Assembly (NCBI GenBank): GCA_021463645.1
Contig: JAJTYI010000005.1
Location: 64,680 to 128,679, forward strand
Reading direction: 5' to 3'
DNA: 64,000 bases
Source of the DNA: a bacterium
GTDB lineage: Bacteria > Patescibacteriota > Dojkabacteria > B142 > OLB20
Shown here: one piece after another, positions 37,905 through 47,406 of the stretch
Numbering within the stretch: the first letter of the stretch is position 1
How the letters are laid out: the number at the start of each line of letters is the position of its first letter
Notes under the pieces: model-generated
Database searches by the model: none
Seen by the model: only the letters and a program-made list of their open reading frames with translations
Told to the model about the DNA's origin: nothing
Made by a program: the position numbers and the translations under genes

Positions 37905-39319
37905 TTGACGACTCTCTGACCTTCAGGTGTGTCTTCAATTACAACAGCATACTCTTCTTTCAGTCTATCTCTAAGTTCATCCGACTCTGTCCAATTTCCT
38001 AATTTTCTAGCAAGTTGCCTTTTTTCGATTAATTCCTGGGCTTCGGGATTGATTTCGACTTTTGCATTATCTAGAAGGTTAAGTCCTAATACACGATCAA
38101 AATCCTTAACTGTCGCCAATTTATCTGCATCTTTTATTTCATATTTAACTAATTCCCACAACAAAGCCAATGCTTCAGGAATGTTAAAATCATTCTCTAA
38201 TGCCCGGACAAATCTTTCCTTGTAAAGTTGCGCTATTTCGCCCTTCTCCTTAGTATTTTGTAATTGATTTACTTGTTTCTTTAATCTTTTGTAGGATAAA
38301 TTTGCACCCTGAAGTGCTTCCCAAGTGAAGTTTTGCTTGGATCTGTAATGTGCATTCAGGAAAAAATATCTCAAAATAATGGGGTCAAAGCCTTTTTCAA
38401 TCACATCATCAAGAATGTAGGCAGTTCCTTCTGATTTACTCATTTTCTTTCCATCAATTAATAAATGTTCGTTGTGCAACCAGTAATTGACGAATTTTAC
38501 TCCATTTGCTGATTCGCTCTGTGCAATTTCGTTTGTATGATGAATTGAAATATGTTCTACACCGCCCATATGGAAATCAATTGTTTCCCCTAATAACTCT
38601 CCTGCCATTGCACTACATTCGGTATGCCATCCAGGGATACCTTCTCCGTTTTCAACTTCACTTGAACTAAACGGAGATGGCCAATATTGAAGAGCATTTT
38701 TATGTGCTCCGGTCCTGAAAAACCATAATGCAAAATCATGTGGACTTTTCTTATCGGGATCATTTACATCACCTTTGCCCTCTCCAGCTCTATTTTTCTC
38801 AAGTACCTGTCCACTCAATTCTGTATACTTGGGGAATTTTGACACTTCAAAGTAGACTGCTTTATCGGTTTCGTAGGCAAATCCTTCTTTAATGAGTTTT
38901 TTAATTAATTCTTGCATTTGCTCAATATATTTACTTGCGACAGGTTTATGGTCGGGTTCAAGAATATTCAGCGCGGAAGTGTGGGCTTCAAACGAATCTA
39001 TATACTTTTTGGCAATTGTTTGAGGATCAAGATTTTCTCTTTTAGATGCTTTTTCCATTCGATCTTCACCTGAATCAGCATCACCTATGTTGTCCCCTGT
39101 GAGATGCCCTACATCCGTATAATTACGCACAAAAGTGACATCATTCCCAAGATAAACCAAACTCCTGCGAATCAAATCAGCTAAAGTCATCCCTCTCAAA
39201 TTACCAATGTGTTGCACCCAATAAACCGTCGGCCCACAATGATAGAACGATACTTTTTTTTCTGTGAGTGGTTTGAACTCTTCCAGACTCTTTGTCAATG
39301 TATTGTAGACCTTTAACAT
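37901..39319 (-). CDS. cysS: Cysteine--tRNA ligase
   Basis: Class I motifs HIGN (CGPTVYWVQHIGNLRG) and KMSKSEG are present. The 472-aa length is typical of CysRS. Confidence 0.95.
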   Translation of the reverse strand: MLKVYNTLTKSLEEFKPLTEKKVSFYHCGPTVYWVQHIGNLRGMTLADLIRRSLVYLGNDVTFVRNYTDVGHLTGDNIGDADSGEDRMEKASKRENLDPQTIAKKYIDSFEAHTSALNILEPDHKPVASKYIEQMQELIKKLIKEGFAYETDKAVYFEVSKFPKYTELSGQVLEKNRAGEGKGDVNDPDKKSPHDFALWFFRTGAHKNALQYWPSPFSSSEVENGEGIPGWHTECSAMAGELLGETIDFHMGGVEHISIHHTNEIAQSESANGVKFVNYWLHNEHLLIDGKKMSKSEGTAYILDDVIEKGFDPIILRYFFLNAHYRSKQNFTWEALQGANLSYKRLKKQVNQLQNTKEKGEIAQLYKERFVRALENDFNIPEALALLWELVKYEIKDADKLATVKDFDRVLGLNLLDNAKVEINPEAQELIEKRQLARKLGNWTESDELRDRLKEEYAVVIEDTPEGQRVVN

Positions 39320-39335
39320 TCAATTGTATTAATAA

Positions 39336-40127
39336 TTAATATTTGTCCGTGAAATATTCGTTAGTAAATAATACCATTAATAACCAAAGTGGTTTTCCTT
39401 GACCAAGATTTTGAGATTTGTGTTGTCTGCATGCCTTATATTTTAATGGAATAAATTTTAAAATCGGCAACCTCATACTCGGCAATGCTTGCACAACCTC
39501 TTTTTCTTTTGCCATATGGAATGGAAGCTTTATTGATTTTAATACTCTTTTAGTCAATGTTTTATACAAAATTATTATTCCAGGATGTTTTTCTTCAACC
39601 AAATCATGAACAATTTTAGTTAGTGCCACATGATCAGGATGTCCATAAAGTCCAGCTCTTTCATAAGTCACAATAATGTCTGGTTGAAACTTATTTAATT
39701 CTGCATCAAGTTTCTTTGTAATCTCGTTCTCTTCCAGCTCGACTTTTCCATCATGGAAATCCCAAATCTCGTAATCTTCACAACCTAATACTTTTATAGC
39801 TTTCTCATATTCTTTTTCTCTAATTCTCGCGAGTTCTGTTTCAGATACTTTTAATATCTCATCACCTTTCTCGCCTTTGGTTACACAAATATGCTTCAAT
39901 TCTACATCTTGATTCCTGGAAAAGTTTGCAATAAAACCTCCAGAAAGCATAGTTTCATCATCCGGGTGAGGATCGATTACTAGAATTTTTATTTTTTCCT
40001 TCTTTCCAGTTAATTTTTTAATATTAAATTTTGGTAATTTAATTTCGTTAACAAACAACAATGCCACCTGGAGACAGACAAAACCCAGGAATAACACTCC
40101 TAGTATAATTTTGACTGCTGTCGTCAT
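39336..40127 (-). CDS. PIG-L/LmbE family deacetylase with an N-terminal membrane anchor
   Basis: VIDPHPDDE and GHPDH motifs are present. I prefer the Met at 40127 (MTTAVKIILG). The longer track ORF (to 40175) runs through an upstream terminator hairpin. Confidence 0.8.
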   Translation of the reverse strand: MTTAVKIILGVLFLGFVCLQVALLFVNEIKLPKFNIKKLTGKKEKIKILVIDPHPDDETMLSGGFIANFSRNQDVELKHICVTKGEKGDEILKVSETELARIREKEYEKAIKVLGCEDYEIWDFHDGKVELEENEITKKLDAELNKFQPDIIVTYERAGLYGHPDHVALTKIVHDLVEEKHPGIIILYKTLTKRVLKSIKLPFHMAKEKEVVQALPSMRLPILKFIPLKYKACRQHKSQNLGQGKPLWLLMVLFTNEYFTDKY

Positions 40128-40140
40128 TGTATTAACATAA

Positions 40141-40185
40141 AAAATAAAAAAGACCCTGTGATTGTTATGAAACAATTACAGGGCC
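40141..40185 (-). terminator. Intrinsic terminator (minus strand)
   Basis: The minus strand reads GGCCCTGTAATTGTT-TCAT-AACAATCACAGGGTC followed by TTTTTTATTTT. The stem is 13 bp. Confidence 0.6.
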
Positions 40186-40366
40186 TCTTGGAAAGATGCG
40201 GTCCCACCTGTGGTTTTACTCAAGGTGATTATTTAATTTTAGCAATTTTGACAGATACTGTCTGTCTCAGTTGCCGGTTCCCAACGATTCCGACTTTCTT
40301 AACAGAATTATAACAAATATTCATTTATTAAGAAAATTATGTCAGTCAGAAATTAATTACGGCTAA

Positions 40367-41026
40367 TTAGTCACCTCTAGCAAATACCAAGCCATAAACT
40401 TTCTCAACTCCTCCTTTTCTTAATACTTTTGCACATTCTTCTAATGTGCTTCCACTCGTCATTACATCGTCTACAAGTAAGACTGACTTATAGCAAATCT
40501 CTTTTTTTAATTGGAAAACATCTTTCAGATTTGCCAGACGCTCCTTCCTGTTTAGATTAACTTGTGATTTTGTATTTTTTGTTCTTTTTAGACAATTATC
40601 AACTTTAGAAGTGATTACTTTTGATAGTAGTTCAGCCTGGTTGAAACCCCTGTAATTTTCTTTAAATCTATGAAGTGGAACTGGAACAATAACATCATAC
40701 TGAATATCAAAATCGAGGAGTTTGTTCTTCATAAGATATCCAATTTCTGCAGAAATAGAAAAATACAAGTTATACTTCATTTCTTCAATTAAAATCTTGG
40801 CAAATTTGTTGTAATGAGCAACAACAATTACCCCGTTTAAATCTGAATTTTTCTGACATTCTCTGTGGACTAATTCTTCAGCACAATCTTTATGGCAAAC
40901 ATGACAAAAATGTGTTTTGTAATAATCAAGTTTTGTATTTTTGCATTCATCGCACAATAGAGTTTTCTGCGTATCACAGAAAACACACATTCTAGGAAAC
41001 AATATATCTATTAGAGAGACCAGCAT
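40367..41026 (-). CDS. ComF-family phosphoribosyltransferase-like protein (ComFC type)
   Basis: N-terminal Cys clusters (CVFC...CDEC, CHVC) and the PRT motif VLLVDDVMTSGSTL. Confidence 0.8.
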   Translation of the reverse strand: MLVSLIDILFPRMCVFCDTQKTLLCDECKNTKLDYYKTHFCHVCHKDCAEELVHRECQKNSDLNGVIVVAHYNKFAKILIEEMKYNLYFSISAEIGYLMKNKLLDFDIQYDVIVPVPLHRFKENYRGFNQAELLSKVITSKVDNCLKRTKNTKSQVNLNRKERLANLKDVFQLKKEICYKSVLLVDDVMTSGSTLEECAKVLRKGGVEKVYGLVFARGD

Positions 41027-41220
41027 CGTCGATAAGTCGATTTAATAATAAGAAAGACATGTATTAATAATTTATACAATAGGAATATGGAAAATACCTG
41101 AAATTATCCACAATTTATAATGATCTGAATTACGAAAATTATTAACTCACCCTTAGTCAATTTTGAGCTATTTACACATGCGCTAGCAATGGTTATTATG
41201 TATTAATCACAGACTAAGTT

Positions 41221-42060
41221 ATGTATATAGCAATCGATGTAGGCGGAACAAAAACCGCATTCGCGAAAATTGACAAATTAGACAAACCTACCATCAGTAG
41301 TAAAGAGACTATATCCACACCCCAGTCTTATGATGAAGCACTTGAAAAAATTAGCATACAGATAGAAAAGTCTAGCAAATGGCAAAAGATAGAGGGAATT
41401 TCTATCGCACTCCCAGGTACTGTCGGTAATGAAAAAATCGAATTATTAACAAATTTACCAGACTGGAATCACAAACCACTTTTTAACGATATCTCTAAAA
41501 AATTCAATACAAAAGTAATCATGCGTAATGATGCCGTAGCCACTGCACGTGCTGAGAGATATTTCGGACTTGCAAAAAACGAAATTAGATATTTATATTG
41601 CATCATAGGTACTGGATTTGGAGCCACTTACGTTCACAGAGTAGGAGATAAATTTTTAGAGTTACCCTTAGAGCCTGAATATATGATAGTAAACTCACAT
41701 GGGACTCACAGAAATCATTTTCACACCCCTGGATTGCTTGGAGCTTATGCGACTGGAGCCGTGATACAAGAAAAAACCGGAATTCACTCATTGGCAAGCT
41801 TAGAAGATAGTGATCCAATTTGGAATGAGATGGTACAATACCTAGGAATCGGTTTGAATAACCTTGTTACACTATTCAAACCACCTGTAATTATTTTCTC
41901 AGGTGGTATAATTGTGCACAGAAAATTCTTATTAAATTTACTTCGAATGGAATTAGCAAAATATGTTGAGTACTTGCCCCAACCAACTCTCAAAATAACA
42001 GAGTTTGGTGATGACGCCAGCCTATATGGCGCGATTTCATTGCTTTACGAATTAAAATAA
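41221..42060 (+). CDS. ROK-family protein (sugar kinase-like)
   Basis: IAIDVGGTKT (ATP-binding), VIMRNDAVATARAE and GTGFG motifs. The stop overlaps the valS start (TAATG). Confidence 0.65.
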   Translation: MYIAIDVGGTKTAFAKIDKLDKPTISSKETISTPQSYDEALEKISIQIEKSSKWQKIEGISIALPGTVGNEKIELLTNLPDWNHKPLFNDISKKFNTKVIMRNDAVATARAERYFGLAKNEIRYLYCIIGTGFGATYVHRVGDKFLELPLEPEYMIVNSHGTHRNHFHTPGLLGAYATGAVIQEKTGIHSLASLEDSDPIWNEMVQYLGIGLNNLVTLFKPPVIIFSGGIIVHRKFLLNLLRMELAKYVEYLPQPTLKITEFGDDASLYGAISLLYELK

Positions 42061-45000
42061 TGCTTCCCAAAGGACCATATCAACCACAAACTACAGAGGA
42101 AGAAATTTTAGATTTTTGGCTGAAAAACAAATTCTATTCTCCCGAATATAAATCGCAAAAGGAACTTTCAACCACAAACGACGAGAACCGCGAGACATTT
42201 TCTATTGTGTTACCTCCTCCAAATGCAAATGGGAACCTTCACTTAGGACACATGTCCGGTTATGTTTATCAAGATTTGATGGGTAGATATTATCGTATGA
42301 AAGGGAAAAAAGTTCTGCTGTTGCCGGGAAAAGACCATGCAGGTATTTTAACTGAAGTCGTTTTTGAAAAAGAACTCGAGAAAGAAGGTTTATCGAAAAA
42401 AAGTTTAGGTCGAGAAGAATTCTATAAACGTTGTTATGACTTCTGCATTAAAAACTCTGAGAATGCTCGAAGGCAGGAAAGGAACATTGGTTTATCAGCA
42501 GATTTTGATAGAGAATTATTTACACTTGATCCTAAAATTGTTGATGAGGTTTTAAAAGCTTTCGAATTAATGTATGAAGACAAACTTGTATATCGCGATA
42601 AAAGAATAATTAATTGGTGTCCTAGATGTCAGTCTGCACTTGCAGATATCGACACTGAATTCAAAGATTCAGTTTCCCCTTTCTTCTACTTTAAATACGG
42701 ATTTCTAGATCCCGAAATAGATGCAATAAAAATTAAAAATGACTTCTCACAGATGGATGAAGTTAAATGGATTTTTGAAAGATCGTCTAGCCCGGACGGT
42801 AAAGAAATTTATCCATTTGCAGTAGGCACAATTGATGGTGGATACCAAATTGAAACAGGGGAAATGATTGTACATTGTATTGGTTATGATAACGAAAAGT
42901 TAATTAAAGGAGATGTAATAGTCGGCAAACCGTATGCAATTATGATGAGGCTAAATAAAAAGTTCAGTTTAATACTTTCCAACCCAAAATTTGATGGGGA
43001 TTTGGACAAAGAATTAACGAAGCTTTGGAAAGTTGCTGAATCAAAGAAAAGAGATGCTGGAATTCATTTTATAAAATTCGAGGACTTTCCAGAGGATAAA
43101 TATTACACGAATGGTTTCGTTCTCGGTACTGTAAGACCAGAGACCAAATTTGGAGATACTGCGCTTGCAGTTGACCCCGATGATGGAAGATACAAAGACT
43201 TCGTTGGAAAAGAATTTGAAGTTAAGACATTGTTGGGGACATCTAAAATAAAAGTTATTGCAGATAATGCAGTAGATGAAAGTTTTGGAACTGGAATGGT
43301 CAAAGTCACTCCTGCACATTCACCCGAGGATTGGGACATAGCCAAACGTCACCCCGATGAAGCTTTTCCAGAGAAGCAGGTCATAGACTTCAATGGCAAA
43401 ATGAATCACTTAGCTGGCAAATATGAAGGATTATCAGTGAAGGAAGCACGCAAAGTGATGTTACAAGATATGAAAACGAATGGAATGCTCGTTTACTTAG
43501 ATGAAAATTATGAGAATAGGATTCGTATCTGTGAAAGATGTAAACACCCAATAGAACCCCTTATCTCTTACCAATGGTTTGTAGACACAGAGCCATTAAA
43601 AAAAGAAGCAAAAAGATTAGTTGAAGTAGGATTAACTGAAATCATGCCTGAAGGCAAAAAGAAAACTTATTTACAATGGATGGAGAGTCAGGAAGATTGG
43701 TGCATCACGAGACAATTATGGTGGGGATATCGAGTACCAGTTTGGTACAAAGGTGAACATTCTCAATACATCACCGAAACTGGTGAAGTGAAAGAAAAGA
43801 TCGGCGATAAAGTTATAAACAATCCCGAAGATTATGAGGGATTAATCTATGTTGGACATGATAATCCGAATGTTCCCCAAATTTATTTGATCCCAGGTAA
43901 ACATGGTTATATGTCGCGGAAAATTTTTCCCGAGATAGTAGAAAAATATCCAAATGCAGTCACAGCGGAAATTGAAAACATTGATGAACCATCACAAGAA
44001 GATTATGCCAATGGTCTCAAAGAATATGATTTAAAGAATTCGGTCATCATTGCACATTCTATGGGTTGTTCTGCAATTATTAATTATATCTCTGAAAAAA
44101 ATATTCCAATTGAAAAACTGGTATTAATTGCACCAAAATTAATTTTTAAGGAAAAAGATAAAGCCAAGAGATACACTAAAATGCTCGAAGATTTGAGATT
44201 TGACAAACTTAAGACTTTGGTAAAGGAATTAGTGATAATTTATTCTGATAATGACGAGCATGTGACTCTAGAGGATATAAATGAATCAATCAAAAAACAA
44301 TTACCCTATGCAGAGTATGCTTTACAAAAAGATGCAGATCATTTTGCAACTCCAAAACTTGATATCTTTCCGCAATATTTATGGAAATTATTGGAAAATC
44401 AAAATAAATATGGGGAAATCTCAGTCCTAAGACATGGAGAGACAGAATACAACAAACTAGGCAAATTCCACGGAATTACCGATATTGAACTCAACCAAAT
44501 TGGAGAACAACAAGCCCAGAATGCAATTGAAAAACTTGACTCTAACTATGATGTAATTATTACCTCTCCACTAAAACGAGCACATCAGACAGCAAATATT
44601 GTAAATGAAAAACTTGGACTAGAAATCATAGAAAATGAATTGTTAAAAGAAAGAAATTTCGGCAACTTAGAAGGACTTACCTGGGAAGAATTTACTGACA
44701 AACATCCTGAAGAGGCTTCAAAAAATAATATAGATTTCCAGCCAGCACTTGAAAAAGGCGAATCGATTGAAGCAGTTGAAAAGAGAGTTGAAGAGTTTAT
44801 CGATTGGTTGAGAAAATCGGGTTATAAGAATCCATTAATTGTGACACATGCAGGCATAATTAGAATATTCGAGAGAAAATTAAACAATTTAACTCCAGAG
44901 CAATCTAGAGAAAATGATCCAAAAAATCTTGAACTGCGGAATTATTCTCTAAACAAACCAGAATGGATTCAAGACGAAGACGTACTTGACACATGGTTCT

Positions 45001-45860
45001 CCTCTGGGCAATGGCCATATTTAACCTTAATGGTCAAGGAAGGTGACTTTGAGGAGTTCTACCCTACCCAGGTCATGGAAACTGGCTGGGATATATTGTT
45101 ATTCTGGGTTACCAGAATGATGCTATTAAACCCATATAGAGCAAAGAAATTAAACACCGACGCTACAGATGAACAAATCGTCCCTTTCAAAGATGTGTAC
45201 TTACATGGATTGGTACTAGATAAAAACGGGGTCAAGATGAGTAAGTCAAAAGGCAACGGAATCGATCCTTTCGAAATGATGCAAAAATACGGAACTGATG
45301 CGTTGAGATATAGTTTTGTCAAAGGAAATTCAGCTGGTCAAAATTATCGTTTATATGAAGAGAAAGTTTCGTCTAATCGCAATTTCTGCAATAAAATCTG
45401 GAATGCATCCAAGTTCGTATTATTTAACATAGAAGATAGTGCTGACAAATTAATAAATTCGGACAGGTCCGAATTAGAATTCACACAAGACGATACTGAA
45501 ATGTTGGAACATATTGATAATTTAATTGAGGAAACAACCAGGAGATTAGATGAATTCAAATTCGGTATCGCAGCTGACGAACTTTATGAATCATTCTGGC
45601 ATTATTTTGCGGATATTTACCTAGAGAAAATTAAAACAAGACTTTACACGAAAGACCGTGAAGGAAACCCAATTAACACATCTGATGAGGAGATAAAATC
45701 AAGATTTGCAGCCCAATGGTTGATACTATACTCGCTAGAAACATATCTAAAATTACTACATCCATTTATTCCATTTCTAACTGAGAAAATCTGGCTGTCG
45801 TTACCGAAAAGAGAGGAAGAGGCTGAGACAATAATGTATTCGAATTGGCCAGAATCCTGA
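42060..45860 (+). CDS. valS: Valine--tRNA ligase with large in-frame insertions (1266 aa)
   Basis: PPPNANGNLHLGHM (HIGH), TVRPETKFGDTALAV, DWCITRQLWWGYRVPVWY, QDEDVLDTWFSSGQWPY and GVKMSKSKGN (KMSKS). About 400 aa lie between VPVWY (~43734-43748) and QDEDVLDTWF (~44970), where E. coli ValRS has about 35. Confidence 0.9.
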   Translation: MLPKGPYQPQTTEEEILDFWLKNKFYSPEYKSQKELSTTNDENRETFSIVLPPPNANGNLHLGHMSGYVYQDLMGRYYRMKGKKVLLLPGKDHAGILTEVVFEKELEKEGLSKKSLGREEFYKRCYDFCIKNSENARRQERNIGLSADFDRELFTLDPKIVDEVLKAFELMYEDKLVYRDKRIINWCPRCQSALADIDTEFKDSVSPFFYFKYGFLDPEIDAIKIKNDFSQMDEVKWIFERSSSPDGKEIYPFAVGTIDGGYQIETGEMIVHCIGYDNEKLIKGDVIVGKPYAIMMRLNKKFSLILSNPKFDGDLDKELTKLWKVAESKKRDAGIHFIKFEDFPEDKYYTNGFVLGTVRPETKFGDTALAVDPDDGRYKDFVGKEFEVKTLLGTSKIKVIADNAVDESFGTGMVKVTPAHSPEDWDIAKRHPDEAFPEKQVIDFNGKMNHLAGKYEGLSVKEARKVMLQDMKTNGMLVYLDENYENRIRICERCKHPIEPLISYQWFVDTEPLKKEAKRLVEVGLTEIMPEGKKKTYLQWMESQEDWCITRQLWWGYRVPVWYKGEHSQYITETGEVKEKIGDKVINNPEDYEGLIYVGHDNPNVPQIYLIPGKHGYMSRKIFPEIVEKYPNAVTAEIENIDEPSQEDYANGLKEYDLKNSVIIAHSMGCSAIINYISEKNIPIEKLVLIAPKLIFKEKDKAKRYTKMLEDLRFDKLKTLVKELVIIYSDNDEHVTLEDINESIKKQLPYAEYALQKDADHFATPKLDIFPQYLWKLLENQNKYGEISVLRHGETEYNKLGKFHGITDIELNQIGEQQAQNAIEKLDSNYDVIITSPLKRAHQTANIVNEKLGLEIIENELLKERNFGNLEGLTWEEFTDKHPEEASKNNIDFQPALEKGESIEAVEKRVEEFIDWLRKSGYKNPLIVTHAGIIRIFERKLNNLTPEQSRENDPKNLELRNYSLNKPEWIQDEDVLDTWFSSGQWPYLTLMVKEGDFEEFYPTQVMETGWDILLFWVTRMMLLNPYRAKKLNTDATDEQIVPFKDVYLHGLVLDKNGVKMSKSKGNGIDPFEMMQKYGTDALRYSFVKGNSAGQNYRLYEEKVSSNRNFCNKIWNASKFVLFNIEDSADKLINSDRSELEFTQDDTEMLEHIDNLIEETTRRLDEFKFGIAADELYESFWHYFADIYLEKIKTRLYTKDREGNPINTSDEEIKSRFAAQWLILYSLETYLKLLHPFIPFLTEKIWLSLPKREEEAETIMYSNWPES

Positions 45861-45924
45861 AATGCACTTTTAGAACACCTTTACCCCAATACAAAATCAA
45901 TATCTGATTCTGTAACCCTTTGAA

Positions 45925-47034
45925 TTACAAATGAATTACACCGGGTTTTTGTGGATTTACATTGTAATGTTGCATCCATGTATCAACGATTAATTCAGGC
46001 GTTTCTCGATCGTATTGGTCAAAAGGAATGAGAGCACCCCGCACTCCGCTAGCCCACCTATATGCTTGAGAAGATTCGGTATCAGGTCTAGGGTAATTTT
46101 GAATCACACAATCTCTATATACATGGGCGTTACGAGCATCCACATGGTATTCAGGAGAAGTATAATGAAGATTTAAATATCTTCTACCTGAATTTGGCGA
46201 ATTGTTGGGAGTCGTCTGAACATGTTCGTAACATGATTGCAATACGGATGTATACTCATGTGGTTTCCTCACCTCCTTCATTGCTACAAGAAAAGGCCAT
46301 ACACTTTCAGGTAATTTTGAAAATGTTATATTATCATGAGAATTAAGTTTTCCCAATAAATTAGTCAGATTTGTCTCTATCTTTGCACGAACATTTGGAT
46401 CTAACTCACCGTATTTATTTACTACAATCGCTAATGTATCAAAAAACAATTCGTTCGATGCCGGGGTGTCTTTTGTAGCAGTACCAAGAGCATTCATCCG
46501 GCCAAGCGCAACATTCATCGCTTCTACATCCCCAAGCCTAGCGGCCATATTTGCAAGATTCAGAGTAGTATCGAAATTTAAATTGTCTATATTTTGCAAA
46601 GTTCTTGCTCTCATGTCCATATACAACTCAGTAACTTCTTCAGTAGTTGTAACATAACCTGCATCTATCGGATTTGTTAATCTTTCTTTTTTAACAATTG
46701 TTGGTTTGCTGTCCATCTGAGAATTTAACTCTCCCTGTGAATAAGACATATTCACGCTTTTCATCAACAAATGTGCCCTTTGTATTTCCGATATTCTTGT
46801 ATAATCCATACCTCCTGTATTATGTAGATTCGCATTCAATAAATCAGTTGTCTCTTGTAATCCCTTAGGATCGATAGGTGCTGCCTCCTCTTCGATAATA
46901 TCTGCCAAATCAGCTAATGCAGCTGTATTAACTAACTCCGCATCAGTTCCAACATCCGACTCAATATGCGGATTTATTCCTTCATCACCATCAATTGGGG
47001 GTATTGAGGCATTTAGCGATGCGTCAGTGGACAT
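45925..47034 (-). CDS. Hypothetical protein (369 aa) between the two copies of the valS 3' end
   Basis: An uninterrupted ORF with an acidic N-terminus MSTDASLNASIPPIDGDEGINPHIESD. No motifs recognised. Confidence 0.65.
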   Translation of the reverse strand: MSTDASLNASIPPIDGDEGINPHIESDVGTDAELVNTAALADLADIIEEEAAPIDPKGLQETTDLLNANLHNTGGMDYTRISEIQRAHLLMKSVNMSYSQGELNSQMDSKPTIVKKERLTNPIDAGYVTTTEEVTELYMDMRARTLQNIDNLNFDTTLNLANMAARLGDVEAMNVALGRMNALGTATKDTPASNELFFDTLAIVVNKYGELDPNVRAKIETNLTNLLGKLNSHDNITFSKLPESVWPFLVAMKEVRKPHEYTSVLQSCYEHVQTTPNNSPNSGRRYLNLHYTSPEYHVDARNAHVYRDCVIQNYPRPDTESSQAYRWASGVRGALIPFDQYDRETPELIVDTWMQHYNVNPQKPGVIHL

Positions 47035-47213
47035 AAACTTTGATTAATATTTATTATTTAATACATTCTACACTATTTCTTTGTTACTTTATTAGTGTTC
47101 TTTCTTCCGAATTACCGATTTCTTAATCAAAGATGTAGTGGAGGAATCGATGAAGTTTAATAAATAATCCGTCTAATGATAGATCGGTACATTGGAATAG
47201 CCCAGGAGAAAAG

Positions 47214-47369
47214 AGATTTGCAGCCCAATGGTTGATTTTATATTCTCTAGAAACATATCTGAAATTGCTACATCCATTTATTCCATTTCTAACAGAGAAA
47301 ATTTGGCAGTCATTACCGAAAAGAGAGGGAGAAGCGGAGACAATTATGTATAGTAAGTGGCCTGACTAA
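47214..47369 (+). pseudogene. Orphan duplicate of the valS 3' end (last ~51 codons plus stop)
   Basis: AGATTTGCAGCCCAATGGTTGAT...CCATTTATTCCATTTCTAAC...TTACCGAAAAGAGAGG aligns colinearly with 45702-45860. Identity is roughly 85-90% by eye. It encodes FAAQWLILYSLETYLKLLHPFIPFLTEKIWQSLPKREGEAETIMYSKWPD*. No upstream valS sequence accompanies it. Confidence 0.8.
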
Positions 47370-47406
47370 GGTTTCGTTAGAAACGATAGACAGACCACTT
47401 TTCATT

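Noticed and set aside
40186-40366. SRP (4.5S) RNA or tRNA in the comFC-downstream region
   Set aside because: On either strand I found no conserved GGAA-tetraloop/AGCA helix-8 motif and no T-arm GTTCGAATC-type sequence. It is kept only as a low-confidence unknown RNA candidate.
43749-44969. Intein as the explanation for the valS insertion
   Set aside because: The insert shows hydrolase and phosphatase motifs. It lacks intein splicing blocks, including a C-terminal His-Asn followed by a Cys/Ser/Thr junction.
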